Part shown: piece by piece, positions 13,208 through 27,892 of the stretch
How the letters are laid out: every line of letters starts with the position of its first letter
Numbering within the stretch: position 1 is the stretch's first letter
Assembly: GCA_951406725.2 (NCBI GenBank)
Contig: OX597833.1
Coordinates: 62,806,001 to 62,870,000, forward strand
Reading direction: 5' to 3'
DNA from: Octopus vulgaris
Taxonomy: Eukaryota
Length of the DNA stretch: 64,000 bases
The notes under the pieces: generated by a model
What the model saw: the letters and a program-made list of their open reading frames with translations, nothing else
What the model was told of the DNA's origin: nothing
The model's database searches: none
Made by a program: the position numbers and the translations under genes

Positions 13208-13620
13208 TATTTCTTTACTACCCACAAGGGGCTACACACAGAGGGGACAAACAAGGACAGACAAACGGATTAAGTCGATTATATCGATCCCAATGCGTAA
13301 CTGGTACTTATTTAATTGACCCCGAAAGGTTGAAAGGCAAAATCGACCTCGGCGGAATTTGAACTCAGAACGTAGCGGCAGACGAAAGACCTATTTCTTT
13401 ACTACCCACAAGGAGCTAAACACAGAGGGGACAAACAAGGACAGACAAATGGATTAAGTCGATTATATCGATCCCAATGCGTAACTGGTACTTATTTAAT
13501 CGACCCCGAAAGGATGAAAGGCAAAGTCGACCTCGGCGGAATTTGAACTCAGAACGTAACGGCAGACGAAATACCGCTATGCATTTCGCCCATGCGTGCT
13601 AACGATTCTCCAAGCTCGCC
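13208..13620 (-). mobile_element. SINE family B dimer (long + short unit)
   Basis: Same unit junction as in the 16473 array. Confidence 0.9.
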
Positions 13621-13912
13621 TCCAGTTTCTACACTCGACCCACACACATACGTGCACACAAATATATCTATGCATACACGTACACATACACATATATATG
13701 CACATACACACGTACACACACAAACACACATGCACGTACATACAAACACACTCATGTAAATATGCACACGCATACACTTACACACAAATGTATACGCTAC
13801 TCAGAATATTATTCTTTGTGAAACAAGAATAGAAATTATGTGAACGAGTTACAAGGGGGAGAATCATTGGTTGTACATGTTCGCTATGTAGGCGTGTATG
13901 ATTGCACGCATC

Positions 13913-13952
<40 letters not shown>

Positions 13953-14252
13953 AGATAATGGTGTCATTGAGACCCAAAGGTGTCAGGTAATGCTGAGTAA
14001 GTGCTATAGACAGACCATAATTAAGTTCCAGATTCGGTAATATTGCGAATAAGGGGTTCAACGTTGGTTCTATGTCAGCGTGTGTATATAAGAATATTTT
14101 GCGTAATAAGATAAAAAAACCAAGGGTGTATAGATATTAGAGCATTTAAAATGCGCTAATATCTATACAGTCTTGGTTTTTTCATCTTATTACGCAAAAA
14201 TTCTTATATATATACATATATGAATATATATATATATATAATAAATAAATAA

Positions 14253-14296
<44 letters not shown>

Positions 14297-14568
14297 TTGC
14301 GTATATGCGTGTACCTATTACTGTGTACGTATGTGTGTATCTATGTATATGTACGTTTCTCTGTATATACATATACATACATATATATATATGTGTGTTT
14401 TTGTATGTGTCTGTATGTATGTATATATGTATAGGTATGCATGAATGAACGTATATATAAATGTACACATGTATATATTTATGCATGCATTAATGTATAC
14501 ATATTTATGTGTATCTCTGCTTTTACTTATATATGTATGCCTTCACACGAATATGTATATATATACAT

Positions 14569-14629
<61 letters not shown>

Positions 14630-14698
14630 CATACATATTTATATATATATATACTCACTTAGATACATGCAAGTATACATACACATACACAACGCACG

Positions 14699-14730
<32 letters not shown>

Positions 14731-14864
14731 CACACATATATACGTACGTACTTGTGTAAGCACGTATTTGTAAATGTATGTGCGAATGTATTTTATGCAT
14801 CTATGTACATATGGAAGAATGCATTTGAAAATATAGATGTGCGTGCGTGAATGTGTATGTGGAT

Positions 14865-14966
<102 letters not shown>

Positions 14967-15023
14967 TAATCGATTGTGAGAAAAAAATAATAGAAACAGT
15001 ACCGTGAATAGAATTTGAGAGGA

Positions 15024-15168
15024 TTTCTTGAATAATTTATTCCGTAAGAAGTCTGAAATCCTAAAAGTCCATGTGTGATGATAACCTTTTATCACGCATC
15101 AATTATTTACGAAGTTTCACTGAACAACACACACAAGATAAAACTACAATTCTACAATCATTTATAGA
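15024..15168. repeat. Second copy of the 8462-8608 segment
   Basis: Direct comparison. Confidence 0.9.
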
Positions 15169-15210
15169 TATATATACAATTGTATGTGTGTAGGTATGCA
15201 TATATATATA

Positions 15211-15408
15211 TAGGGAGAATTTACGAAAAAACAACATAAGACGAAGACAGGTGGTGTACCAAGCAAACAGATGTATTGGTATAATGCTTAGGAATAGAAA
15301 AAAGTCTTTTACGTTTCGAGCCTACGCTCTTCTACAGAAAAGGACACAGAAAAAGCAAGGAGAGAAAATAAAATGTGTGTAGTGACTAACGATCTATCAT
15401 GGCGATTT
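15211..15408 (-). mobile_element. Penelope-pLTR-like short element with hammerhead variant (15306-15342)
   Basis: TTT-CTGTAGA-A-GAGC-GTAG-GCTC-GAAAC-GTA-AAA; homologous to 38200-38397 and 39720-39908. Confidence 0.7.
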
Positions 15409-15417
15409 ATATATAAA

Positions 15418-15678
15418 CGGGGACGTAAACACACGGTTGTCAAGCAATGCTAGGGGGACAAATACAGACACACAAACAAACACACATACATATATATATA
15501 TATATACATATATACGATAAGCTTCTTTCAGTTTCCGTCTACCAAATCCACTCACAAGGCATTGGTCGGCCCAGGGCTATAGCAGAAGACACTTGCCCAA
15601 GATGCCACGCAGTGGGACTGAACCCGGAACCATGTGGTTGGTTAGCAAGCTACTTACCACACAGCCACTCCTGCGCCT
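15418..15678 (-). mobile_element. SINE family A, 3'-truncated
   Basis: Matches family A. Confidence 0.9.
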
Positions 15679-16378
15679 GTTCCATTGTACGATGGGCACA
15701 AAGCCTGGAATTTTGTGGGAGGGGGTTAAGTTAATTACATCAACCCCAGGACCCAGCTTATTTCATCGACCCCCGAATGTAGATATGTATTCAAATACAT
15801 AAATACATATCTACAAATACGTATAGGTACATATGTGTATGTGTATGCGCAGATATGAACATTTGCAAGTAAACCAGTCTTTTTACGTTCAACGTCCCAC
15901 GACATATTTGTTCCGCATCGAGTGACACACACTCCCCTCGCACTCTCATTTCTCACTCTAGCCCGCTTGGCACTCAATTACTGATTGTTAGGCCGTCAGT
16001 AAATCCATTACCAACGACCGCTATCGTTCACTAATTGCTATAAAAAAAAACCCAACAATAATAAAACAAACAATAAAATATTCGACAATACAATAAAATG
16101 GTAATGCCATTGTTTGACATTAATCTTTAGCGCAGATCAAAACGATATCTGGTTTAAGAGGCTGGTGTCAGCATATTTCTAAAGTTAACCATCGGACTTC
16201 AGTCGAGGAACAATTTCACATTTAGATTGCTACCAACCGGAGGGGGAGGGAGGCGGGGGTAATACCATCACAAAACACACCCAGCTATTAGAGTCGTCGC
16301 CACCGCCGTCGTCGTCATAACAGGCAGTATTGTTGTTACTGCTGTTGTTGTTCTTATTTGTTGTCGTTATTATTATTA

Positions 16379-16468
<90 letters not shown>

Positions 16469-16472
16469 ATTG

Positions 16473-17885
16473 AGGCAGCTAGCTGGCAAGAATCGTTAGC
16501 ACGCCGGGCGAAATGCTTAGCGGTATTTCGTCTGCCGTTACGTTCTGAGTTCAAATTCCGCCGAGGTCGATTTTGCCTTTCATCCCTTCGGGGTCAATTA
16601 AATAAGTACCAGTTACGCACTGGGGTCGATATAATCGACTTAATCCGTTTGTCTGTCCTTATTTGTCCTCTCTGTGTTTAGCCCCTTGTGGGTAGTAAAG
16701 AAATAGGTATTTCGTCTGCCGTTATGTTCTGAGTTCAAGTTCCGCCGAGGTCGACTTTGCCTTCCATCCTTTTGGGGTCGACTAAATAAGTACCAGTTAC
16801 ACACTGGGGTCAATGTAATCGACTGTTTGTCTGTCCTTGTTTGTCCCCTCTATGTTCAGCCCTTGTAAGCAATAAAGAAATAAGAATCGTTAGCACGCCG
16901 GGCAAAATGCTTAGCAGAATTTTGTACGTCTTTGCGTTCTGAGTTCAAATTCCGCCGAGGTCGACTTTGCCTTTCATCCTTTCGGGGTCGATTAAATAAG
17001 TACCAGTTACGCACTGGTGTCGATATAATCGACTTAATCCGCTTGTCTGTCTTTGTTTGTCCTCTCTGTGTTTAGCCCCTTGTGGGTAATAAAGAAACAG
17101 GTATTTCGTCTGCCGTTATTCTGAGTTCAAATTCTGCCGAGGTCGACTTTGCCTTTCATCCATTCGGATCGATTAAATAAGTACCAGTTACGCACCGGGG
17201 TCGAATAATCGACTTGATCCCTTTGTCTATCCTTGTTTGTCCCCTCTATGTTCAGCCCTTGTGGGCTATAAAGAAATAAGAAACGTTAGCACGCCGGGCG
17301 AAATGCTTAGCGGTATTTCCTCTGCCGCTACGTTCTGAGTTCAAATTCCGCCGCGTTCGACTTTGCCTTTCATCCTTTTGGGGTCGATTAAATAAGTACC
17401 AGTTACGCACTGGGGTCGATATAATCGACTTAATCCGCTTGTCTGTCTTTGTTTGTCCTCTCTGTGTTTAGCCCCGTGTGAGTAATAAAGAAACAGGTAT
17501 TTTGTCTGCCGTTATTCTGAGTTCAAATTCTGCCGAGTTCGACTTTGCCTTTCATCCTTTTGGGGTCGATAAATTAAGTACCAGTTACGCACTGGGGTCA
17601 ATGTAATCGACTTGATTCCTTTGTCTGTCCTTGTTTGTCACCTCTATGTTCAGCCCCCTGTGGGCAATAAAGAAATAAGAATCGTTAGCACGCCGGGCGA
17701 AATGCTTAGCGGTATTTCGTCTGCCGTTACGTTCTGAGTTCAAATTCCACCGAGTTCGACTTTGCCTTTCATCCTTTCAGGGTCGATAAATTCAGTACCG
17801 GTTGCATACTGGTGTCGATCTAATCGACTGGCTCCCTCCCACAAAATTTCTGGCCTTGTGCCTAGAGTAGAAAAGAATATTATTA
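16473..17885 (+). mobile_element. Tandem array of 7 SINE family B units, alternating long and short; last unit has an alternative tail ending in (ATT)n
   Basis: Unit starts at about 16473, 16706, 16883, 17100, 17280, 17496, 17679. Confidence 0.92.
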
Positions 17886-18729
17886 TTGTCGACTCTTAAC
17901 ACTGAAAGAGCGAGTCGTATACACGTGGCTGGGAATTTTTCCAAATTTTCCTTTTGTCATTCATTTTATTTCAAAAACCCTTAGACACGGAGCTGTTAGT
18001 AATATTCCCGTCTTTTGAAGAAGTTCCATTACGTATCTCAATCCCAAATTTCCGTAATTGATAATTTTTTTATTTTCGTAATTACGGACGCCATTGCTAT
18101 GGCTGTGGCTTCTACCACTGTCATGCTCCTCTCCTCTTTAGTTGCCACCCTCTCGAAGCTTCTCGTGTGGTTTCAACTTTTGGCGGGCCCACATTTTAGT
18201 TGTTACTGCTCCCAAGATACTCGCTGTTATTGGGGTCACTTCAACCCTTTCCCTGCCCCATATTTTACTTGTTACGTCCCCCAAGGGACTCACTGTTAAT
18301 TCGGTTTTACGCGCCTAGTTACAATGTATGTATGTATGTATGTATGTATGTATGTATGTATGTATGCGTGTATGTATATATGTATACATGCACATATAAT
18401 GTATGTATGTATGTATGCATGTATGTATGTATGTATGTATATATATATACACACACACACTCGTACAAATACACACACACACATATATATACATATATAT
18501 ATATATCTATATACACATACATATACGTACATACAAATATATATATATATATGTATATACACATACAAATATACACACACAAGTATGTAGGTACATATAT
18601 ACATATATGCATGTATGTATGCACACGCACACACAAAATGTGTAATGTGTTGATAAATATATACATACATATATGTGTATATATATGTATGTGTGAGTAT
18701 ACACACACACACACGCGCACACATACAGT

Positions 18730-18908
18730 TACTCCAAACATGAACAAAGAGAAAACACAACAACGCGAGGACGTGGAACAAGTATAGTATTATTGGACGC
18801 TCAGGAAAGGAAAGAAAGAAGGAGGAATTAACGTTTCGAGCGTAGCTCTTCGTCAGAAACATAGAAAAAAGAGAAAGAAAATCGCCACCGATACACACGC
18901 GGTCACAT

Positions 18909-18912
<4 letters not shown>
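18730..18912 (-). mobile_element. Penelope-pLTR-like short element with hammerhead (18828-18860)
   Basis: CTGACGA-A-GAGC-TAC-GCTC-GAAAC-GTT on the minus strand; homologous to 7528-7716. Confidence 0.75.
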
Positions 18913-18958
<46 letters not shown>

Positions 18959-19131
18959 ACTATGAGAGAGAATCCACTATATGGACGCTCTTACGCTAGA
19001 TATAGATTCGCAAAGGGACTCCACCACGAAGAATTGTTCTCAAGAAATAATTCAACACACCAAGAACGTAAGCGAGCAGGACAAATGAATAATAACGAAA
19101 ATAAAGATTAACCCCATACAATTGTTTCACC

Positions 19132-19698
<567 letters not shown>

Positions 19699-20432
19699 TA
19701 TACATCTTTAGAAATCTGCTCGTCAGTACATAACTATGTGAAACAATTATCAAAAGCATGATGCACATTTTTTGAAACCAAACTCGTTTGCGAGTGACAT
19801 CTTGCTGTAATTTTTTCCTATTCCACGTCTCCCATTCTTAACTTAAAACTATTCTTCTTAATCTGTAAAATGTCGCATTGTTTTAGTTCCATCAGCCAAG
19901 GTTCACCACTGTCATTTGCCAACCAACCAACCGACCCACCAACCGACCGACGGACCAAGGTTGTTTCGCTCACATTCAATACGGGGGCCCTCCATCTATG
20001 TCATTCTCTTTCATCTTTCGAAAAACCATCCTCTTTATTCATTTAATAATCCAATTTCTGTACCACATCATCATAACAACCCACATGTTAATTGCTATAA
20101 TTTTGTTTTATTTTTCTCCCTATTTAATTTGCTTAAAAAAAAAACGTTTCGACCTTCTAAAATATTCTTTTTTTTTTTCAAATGCCCTTTTCATTTAATT
20201 TTCCTTGATCTTCTGTTCTAAATCTAGTAAAAAAATATTTTCTATCCATGGTATCTGGTTTAAGAGGTTGGTGTCGACATATTTCTAAAGTTAACTGGTA
20301 GACATCAGACGAGGAACAATTTCACATTTACTTAGTTATCAACTGGGGCGGGGACCGCTACACACCCAACTATTAGAACCGTTGCTGCTGATGGTGCAGT
20401 TGCTGTCATTGATGTGACTGTTAAAAAATATA

Positions 20433-20484
<52 letters not shown>

Positions 20485-20517
20485 TTACTACTACTACTGT
20501 TGTTGTTGTTGCTATTA

Positions 20518-21197
20518 AGACGGCGAGTTGGCAGCATCGTTAGCTCGCTGGGCAAAATGATTAGTGGCATGTTCTCTGTCTTTATGCTCTGAGTTCAAAT
20601 TCCGCAGAGGTCGACTTAGCTTTTTATCCTTTCGGGCCCGATGAAATAAGTACCAGTTGAGTACCAGTTGGGATCGATGTTATCGACTAGCTCCCTCCCA
20701 AAAAAACTTCAGGCTTTGTACCTATAGTCCTTGTTTATCCCTTCTATGTTTAGCCCCTTGTGGGCAGTAAAGAAATAAGAAACGTTAGCATGCCGGGCGA
20801 AATGCCGTATTTCGTCTGCCGCTACGTTCTCAGTTCAAATTCCGCCGAGGTCGACTTTGCCTTTCATCCTTTCGGCGTCAATAAATTAAGTGCCAGTTAC
20901 GCACTGGGATCGATATAATTGACTTAATCCATTTGTCTCTCCTTCTTTGTCCTCTTTGTGTTTAGCCCCTTGTGGGTAGTAAAGAGATGGGTATTTCGTC
21001 TGCCTTTACGTTCTGAGTTCAAATTCCGCCGAGGTCGACTTTGCCTTTCATCCTTTTGGGGTCGGTAAATTGAGAACAAGTTGCGTACTGGGGTCGATCT
21101 AACTGACTGGTTCTTTCGGGGTCAATAAAGTAAAAGCCAGTTGAATATTGGGGGTCGATATAATCGAATGTCCTCCCCTAAAGTTTCTATCCTTGTA
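20518..21197 (+). mobile_element. Degenerate SINE family B array (3-4 units)
   Basis: Same units and junctions as the 16473 array. Confidence 0.85.
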
Positions 21198-21431
21198 CTT
21201 CTTACTCTTTAGCTGTTTAAGTTATATGACTGTGGCAATGCTGGAGCACCGCCTTCAGTCGAGCAAATCGACCCCAGGACTTATTCTTTGTAAGCCTTAG
21301 TACTTATTCTATCGGTCTCCTTTGCCGAACCGTTAAGTTACGGGGACGTAAACACACCAGCATCGGTTGTCAAGCGATGTTGGGGCGACAAACACAGACA
21401 CACAAACACATACACACACATACATACATAT

Positions 21432-21520
<89 letters not shown>

Positions 21521-21701
21521 ATATATGCACATATATACGACGAGCTTCTTTCAGTTTCCGTCTACCAAATCCACTCACAAGGCTTTGGTCGACCCGAGGC
21601 TATAGTAGAAGACACTTGCCCAACGTGCCGCGCAGTGGGACTGAACCCGGAACCATGTGGTTGGTAAACAAGCTGCTTACCACACAGCCACTCCTACGCC
21701 T
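21198..21701 (-). mobile_element. SINE family A with expanded internal (TA)n
   Basis: Matches family A. Confidence 0.9.
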
Positions 21702-21905
21702 ATAGCAAAAACGATTGATTTTCTTGGTTTCCTTTTGATCGATGTAAGCCCATGCTTTTTGTGAATTGCATTTCGTCCTCAATGTCTTGGACCGTCGTGG
21801 CCAATGGGATGGCCATGGTCGGGATCATCATCATCATCATCGTCATTATCAACATATCATGGTAATGATAATGATCATTAGCAAAAACTACCACCCCTGC
21901 TACTA

Positions 21906-21993
<88 letters not shown>

Positions 21994-22466
21994 ACTGCTA
22001 CTGCTACTGTTGCTGCCGCTGCTGCTGCTGCTGCATTACTGCTTTGATCAGACCCACCCCCATCATATTGTGCCCTTTAAAATCTGGCATATCTCTTATA
22101 TGTCACGGTCAAAAACTGATTTTATCGTGAAAATGTTTAAACGTGACACAAATGGCAAAGCGTGACAGTTTTCAGTTACAGATTCTCCATCAGAAATTCT
22201 TAATCAAAGATTCCTAACCAATGAATGTCATGAAAAGCTTGTTAATTAACCACGATGAGCCAAAGATTTTTAATTAATTAATATATATATGTAATCAATG
22301 AACATGTATGTAAGTATGTATGTATATATATATAGGCGCAGGAGTGGGCGTGTGGTAAGAAGCTTGCTTCCCAACCACATGGTTCCGGGTTCAGTCCCAC
22401 AGCGTGGCACCTTGGGCACATGTCCAGACTGTTAGTTAGACATTTACTGTATGTATGTATGTATGT

Positions 22467-22876
22467 GGAGTGGCTGTATGGTAAGTAGCTTGCTTACCAA
22501 CCACATGGTTCCAGGTTCAGTCCCACTGCGTGGCTCCTTGGGCAAGTGTCCTCAACTATGGCCTCGGGCCGACCAAAGCCTTGTGAGTTGATATGGTAGA
22601 CGGAAACTGAAAGAAACCCGTCGTATATATGTATATATATATATATGTGTGTGTGCGTGTATGTTCGTGTGTCTGTATTTGTCTCCCTAGCATTGCTTGA
22701 CAACCGATGCTGGTGTGTTTATGTCCCCGTCACTTACCGTTTCTGCAAAGGAGACCGATAGAATAAGTACTGGGCTTGCAAAAAAGAATAAGTCCCGGGG
22801 TCGAGTTGCTCGACTAAAGGCGGTGCTCCAGCATGGCCGCAGTCAACTGACTGAAACAAGTAAAAGAGTAAAAGAG
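22467..22876 (+). mobile_element. SINE family A (an extra head fragment lies at 22334-22420)
   Basis: Matches family A. Confidence 0.9.
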
Positions 22877-22909
22877 CATGTATGTATGTATTACGTATGT
22901 ATGTATGTA

Positions 22910-23240
22910 TTCAGTTTATTTCAAGATTTCTTGCCAATGCAGAAAGATCCGGTTTCTAACCTAGATTCAAGGCCCCTTCAGTGGAACTTCAACATCAACA
23001 ACATGGTAATTTTGTTTGTATGCATGTATACGTGCAGATTTGTATGTCTTGTTCCATATATGTATTCCCATGCGTATAGCTACATATCTAGACTTGCTCA
23101 TATATATTTAAATGATAAACTTCTGGAAAGTTTTACAGATTTTTACAGTTCCAGTAATAGATTAGATCTGTAGTCTTCGAATTAGCTTTCTCCTTTTTGG
23201 TTCTGAGAAGCCTAATTCCTCAAGATTGGTATTTAGGCAG
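22910..23240 (-). mobile_element. 3' end of a non-LTR retrotransposon (probably RLE type) inserted in (TACA)n
   Basis: Minus translation CLNTNLEELGFSEPKRRKLIRRLQI*SITGTVKICKTFQKFII*, then UTR with AATAAA running into (TACA)n; (TATG)n on both flanks. Confidence 0.55.
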
Positions 23241-23641
23241 TGTATGTATGTATGTATGTATGTATGTATGTATGTATGTATGTATGTATGTATGTATGCA
23301 TGCATGTATGTATGTATGTATGTATGTATGTATGTATGTATGTATGTATGCCTGCATGTATGTATGTAAGTATGTGTGTGTATGTATGTATGTATGCATG
23401 TATGTATGTATGTATGTATGTATGTAAGTATGTGTGTGTATGTATGTATGTATGCATGTATGTATGTATGTATGTATGTATGTGTGTATGTGTGCGTGTG
23501 TGTATATACTATTTACAGCGTTCCAATTCTCTAAAATGGAGACCTCAAAATGATCCTCCCGTGGGGACATTATAACCCAGTAGAGGTCTATAAGTGGTGT
23601 CGTTCTTTATGTTCTTCTTCTTATCCTCCTCTTCCTTCATA

Positions 23642-24205
23642 ACTACCACCACCACCACCACCGCCACCACCGTCACCACCACCACCATCACCACCACCAC
23701 CACCACCACCACCACCACCACCACCACCACCACCACACCACCACCACCACCACCACCACCACCACCACCACCACCACCACCACCACCACCACCACCACCA
23801 CCACCACCACCACCACCACCACCACCACCGTCACCACCACCACCATCACCACCACCACCACCACCATCACCACCACCACCACTACCACCACCACCACACC
23901 ACCACCACCACCACCACACTACCACCACCACCACCACCACCGCCACCGCCACCACCGTCACCACCACCACCATCACCACCACCACCACCATCACCACCAC
24001 CACCACTACCACCACATCCACACCACTACCACCACCACCACCAACACCACACCACCACCACCACCACCACCACATCCACCACCACCACCACACCACCACA
24101 CTACTACTACCACCACCACCTTCATCATGATCTTCATGTTCGTTCGTTCCTTCCTCTACCACCACCACCACCACCACCACCACCACCACCACCACCACCA
24201 CCACC

Positions 24206-24247
<42 letters not shown>

Positions 24248-24330
24248 GCTACTGCTGCTGCTGCTGCTACTGCTGCTGCTGCTGCTGCCTCCGTTTCTGC
24301 CGCTGTTGTTGTTGTTACTGTTGTTGTATT
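23642..24330. repeat. (CAC)n/(TAC)n/(TGC)n compound microsatellite
   Basis: Direct reading. Confidence 0.95.
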
Positions 24331-24445
24331 AGTGTCATTAACAACCAAAGACGCCGTTAACATGATTGGCTCGTAGGATATATATTACCATTTCAGCCTT
24401 TCCTGTTATCCCGGCCTCCTGCATGCATACACACACATATACCTG

Positions 24446-24493
<48 letters not shown>

Positions 24494-24560
24494 TGTATTA
24501 ACAGAACGAGATAAAAAAAATCCAAGGCTGAGAAAGTTTTCAGAACATTTATAAAAGAAG

Positions 24561-24608
24561 GCCTTACAGCTGTTTCCGGGGTATTTTATACATCCCTTCA
24601 TCAGAGAC
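24561..24608 (-). ncRNA. Minimal hammerhead ribozyme-like motif
   Basis: GTCT-CTGATGA-A-GGG..CCC-cg-GAAA-CAGCTG-TA-AGGC; stem I pairs, palindromic stem III, imperfect stem II. Confidence 0.55.
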
Positions 24609-24885
24609 GGTGCAAGAATATGTTTAAGGAATCGTTATTATAGAAAAGATATGAAACACAGAGTGATGTGGAGGAAAGAAAACAAACTTAAGATACGTAA
24701 GGATATTGTATCTGCAGTTTCATTATTTAAGCAGACAACCGATGTTGATGTCTTTACGTCGCCGTAACCTAGCGGTTCGGCAAAGGCACCGACAGAATAG
24801 GTACTAGGCTTAGAAAGAATAAGTCCTGGGGTCGATTCGTTCGACAAAAAGCATGGTTGCAGTTAAATGACTGAAACAAATAAAA

Positions 24886-24920
<35 letters not shown>

Positions 24921-25000
24921 TTTGTATATATGTATATATATATGTTTGATATTACGTTTAGATCTGCATATGTACACACACACGCACTCACACTCACACA

Positions 25001-25094
<94 letters not shown>

Positions 25095-25344
25095 AAACAT
25101 TGTTTGTTTATTTGTACAAGTCGGAAGCGAGGGGAACTCTAAAAATGCTTCATTCGTTGCAAAGAGCATTCCTTTTGGCATTTCTCTGTCTGTTAGTCTG
25201 CGACATGATTTGTGAGTTCCTTGTCGTTGTTTACCGTTTTTCTGCCTCTCAGACCTTTTAACGGAACTGCCACATCTATTATCTTATTCCCTCATTTTCT
25301 CTAATTTCAGCCCGAGACATTGGTCGTTCTTAAATACCTCCGTT

Positions 25345-25833
25345 TCCACCGCCACCGACGCCACCACCACCACCACATCCACCACCACCACCATCAACAT
25401 TATCACCAAAGTTTCCACCCCACTTATAAGCTCAAAACCCCCACCACTACTACCACCACCACTACAACGAACACCACCACGAAAACCATGATAAACACCG
25501 CCACCACAACCGCCTCTACCCCCAATACGAGCACTACCACCCTCGGAGACCCCCCTTCACCCCACCACCCCACCACCCTACTGCCCTTCTACCACCACCA
25601 CCACCACTACCACCACTACCACTAACACCACCATTACCACCATTACCACCACCACCACCACCACCACCACCACCACCACCACTACCATCACCACAACTAC
25701 CACCACCACTACCACAACCATCACGACGACGACCACCAGCACCACTACCACCACCACTGCTGCCGCCGCCTCTTCTACCACCGGAACTGTTGCCTCAACT
25801 ACCACCCCCGGCAACAGCACCACAACCACGTGG

Positions 25834-25887
<54 letters not shown>

Positions 25888-26190
25888 ACCACCACTGCCA
25901 CCGCCGCCTCTACCACCATTACCGGCATTACCGCATTCGTCGCCGTCTCCACCCTACACCACCACCACCACCACCACCACCACCACCACCACCATCATCA
26001 CTTCCACCACGGAAACGACGATGATCACCGCCAGCATCCCTCTCGCCAACTCCATCACTACCATCAATGAACATGACCACCACCACCACCATCGCCAGCA
26101 TCTCTCACATCACTACTACTACCACCGCCACCGCCGCCACCACCACCACAAGCTACAACAACAACAACAACAGTAACAACAACATCATCA
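25345..26190. repeat. CAC-rich low-complexity region
   Basis: Direct reading. Confidence 0.9.
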
Positions 26191-26277
26191 CAAATACCAC
26201 AAACAGCTCAACCTTGAACCCCGCCCACGAATATTGACATCACGGCGACGATCACAACAACCTCTCGTCACTACTAC

Positions 26278-26322
<45 letters not shown>

Positions 26323-26533
26323 AAATGGCTGACGGTTAGTAAGGAGAGACACAAGTAAGTGAGAAGAAAACAAAGGACCACTGATGCGGTCACAGGAGTG
26401 TGACGAAAGAACTTTGGCCGAAATAAGATTAAGATTAATGTAAAAAATAAATATCACTGAAGCAAAATAACACCAAATATATAGTGCGTGTGTTTTTATT
26501 GGCTAAACTGGCAATATGACCATTCCGAAATAT

Positions 26534-26588
<55 letters not shown>

Positions 26589-26590
<2 letters not shown>

Positions 26591-26777
26591 GCGGAGAAAA
26601 TCCCTGGAGAAGGACATCATGCTCGGAATGGTCAGTGGCAAGAGAGGAAGAGGCCGACCTAGAACCCGCTGGCTTGACACTATCAAGAGTAATACCGGAA
26701 TGGACATAGCCAATCTGAAAGAAGCGGCCTAGGATAGAACTGACTGAAGGACACTGATCCAACGAGTGACCGAGCCG
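26589..26777 (+). pseudogene. RTE/BovB-like LINE extreme 3' fragment in (TA)n
   Basis: Translation RKSLEKDIMLGMVSGKRGRGRPRTRWLD...LKEAA*DRTD*R resembles the RTE C-terminal LEK..MLG..EG.R.RGR...RW.D motif. Confidence 0.85.
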
Positions 26778-26957
26778 ATATACATATATATATATACATA
26801 TATATACATATATATATATACAAGTTATTAAACCACTACATGGCTATGTTCACATCGAGTTTCATTTAAATCCTACGAAAAAATATAGTTGTAAGAAGTA
26901 AAAAATTTAAAAAATCGTTGTGTGTACTAACTTATTGTAGATACTGTATATATATAT

Positions 26958-27280
26958 GAGGAGCACTCCGTCGGTTACGACGACAAAGGTTCCCACCTGA
27001 TCTGATCAACGGAACAGCCTGGTCGTAAAATTAACGTGCAAGTGACTGAGCAATCCACAGACATGTGTACCCCTAATGTAGTTCTCAGGGAGACTCGGCG
27101 TGACATAGAGCGTGACGAGGCCGGCCCTTTGAAATACAGGTACAACTCATTTTTTGCCAGCTGAGTGGATTGGAGCAACGTGAAAATAAAGTGCCTTGCT
27201 CAAGGACACAACGCGTCGCCGAGAATTGAACTCACGACTTTACGATCGTGAGCCGAATGCCCCTAACCACTTAGCCACGC
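26958..27280 (-). mobile_element. SINE head D + tail G
   Basis: Head matches 11880-12014; tail matches 56412-56600. Confidence 0.9.
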
Positions 27281-27519
27281 TTATATATATATATATGTGC
27301 ACACACACATACATCTATTTCATATTTTATAGTCAAGATTCCTCATTTCCGTTTTTCACAGGAATTTGTCATTGTTTTCAATATTTTTTATTTTCTCGCT
27401 TGTCGAGAATTGTTTTGAATAAATTCGTAGTTTCGCCAATGATTTAAGTGGAACTTCTGTCTGTCTATCTATCTATCTATCTATCTATCCATCTATCTAT
27501 CTGTCTATCTATCTTTCTT

Positions 27520-27636
<117 letters not shown>

Positions 27637-27740
27637 TTATCTACCTGTCTGATTGTCTGTCTCTACTTACCTACGTACGTACGTACGTACCTACCTGCCT
27701 ACCTGCCTACCTACCAGTCTGTTTCTGTGTCTGTCCGTCC

Positions 27741-27773
<33 letters not shown>

Positions 27774-27774
27774 C

Positions 27775-27818
<44 letters not shown>

Positions 27819-27859
27819 ATGTCTGTCTGTCTGTCTCTTTATCTGTCTATCTATCTACC

Positions 27860-27892
<33 letters not shown>

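Noticed and set aside
16473-17885. Regular repeat array resembling CRISPR
   Set aside because: Units are ~180-230-bp SINE copies with no unique spacers, no cas genes, and a eukaryotic context.
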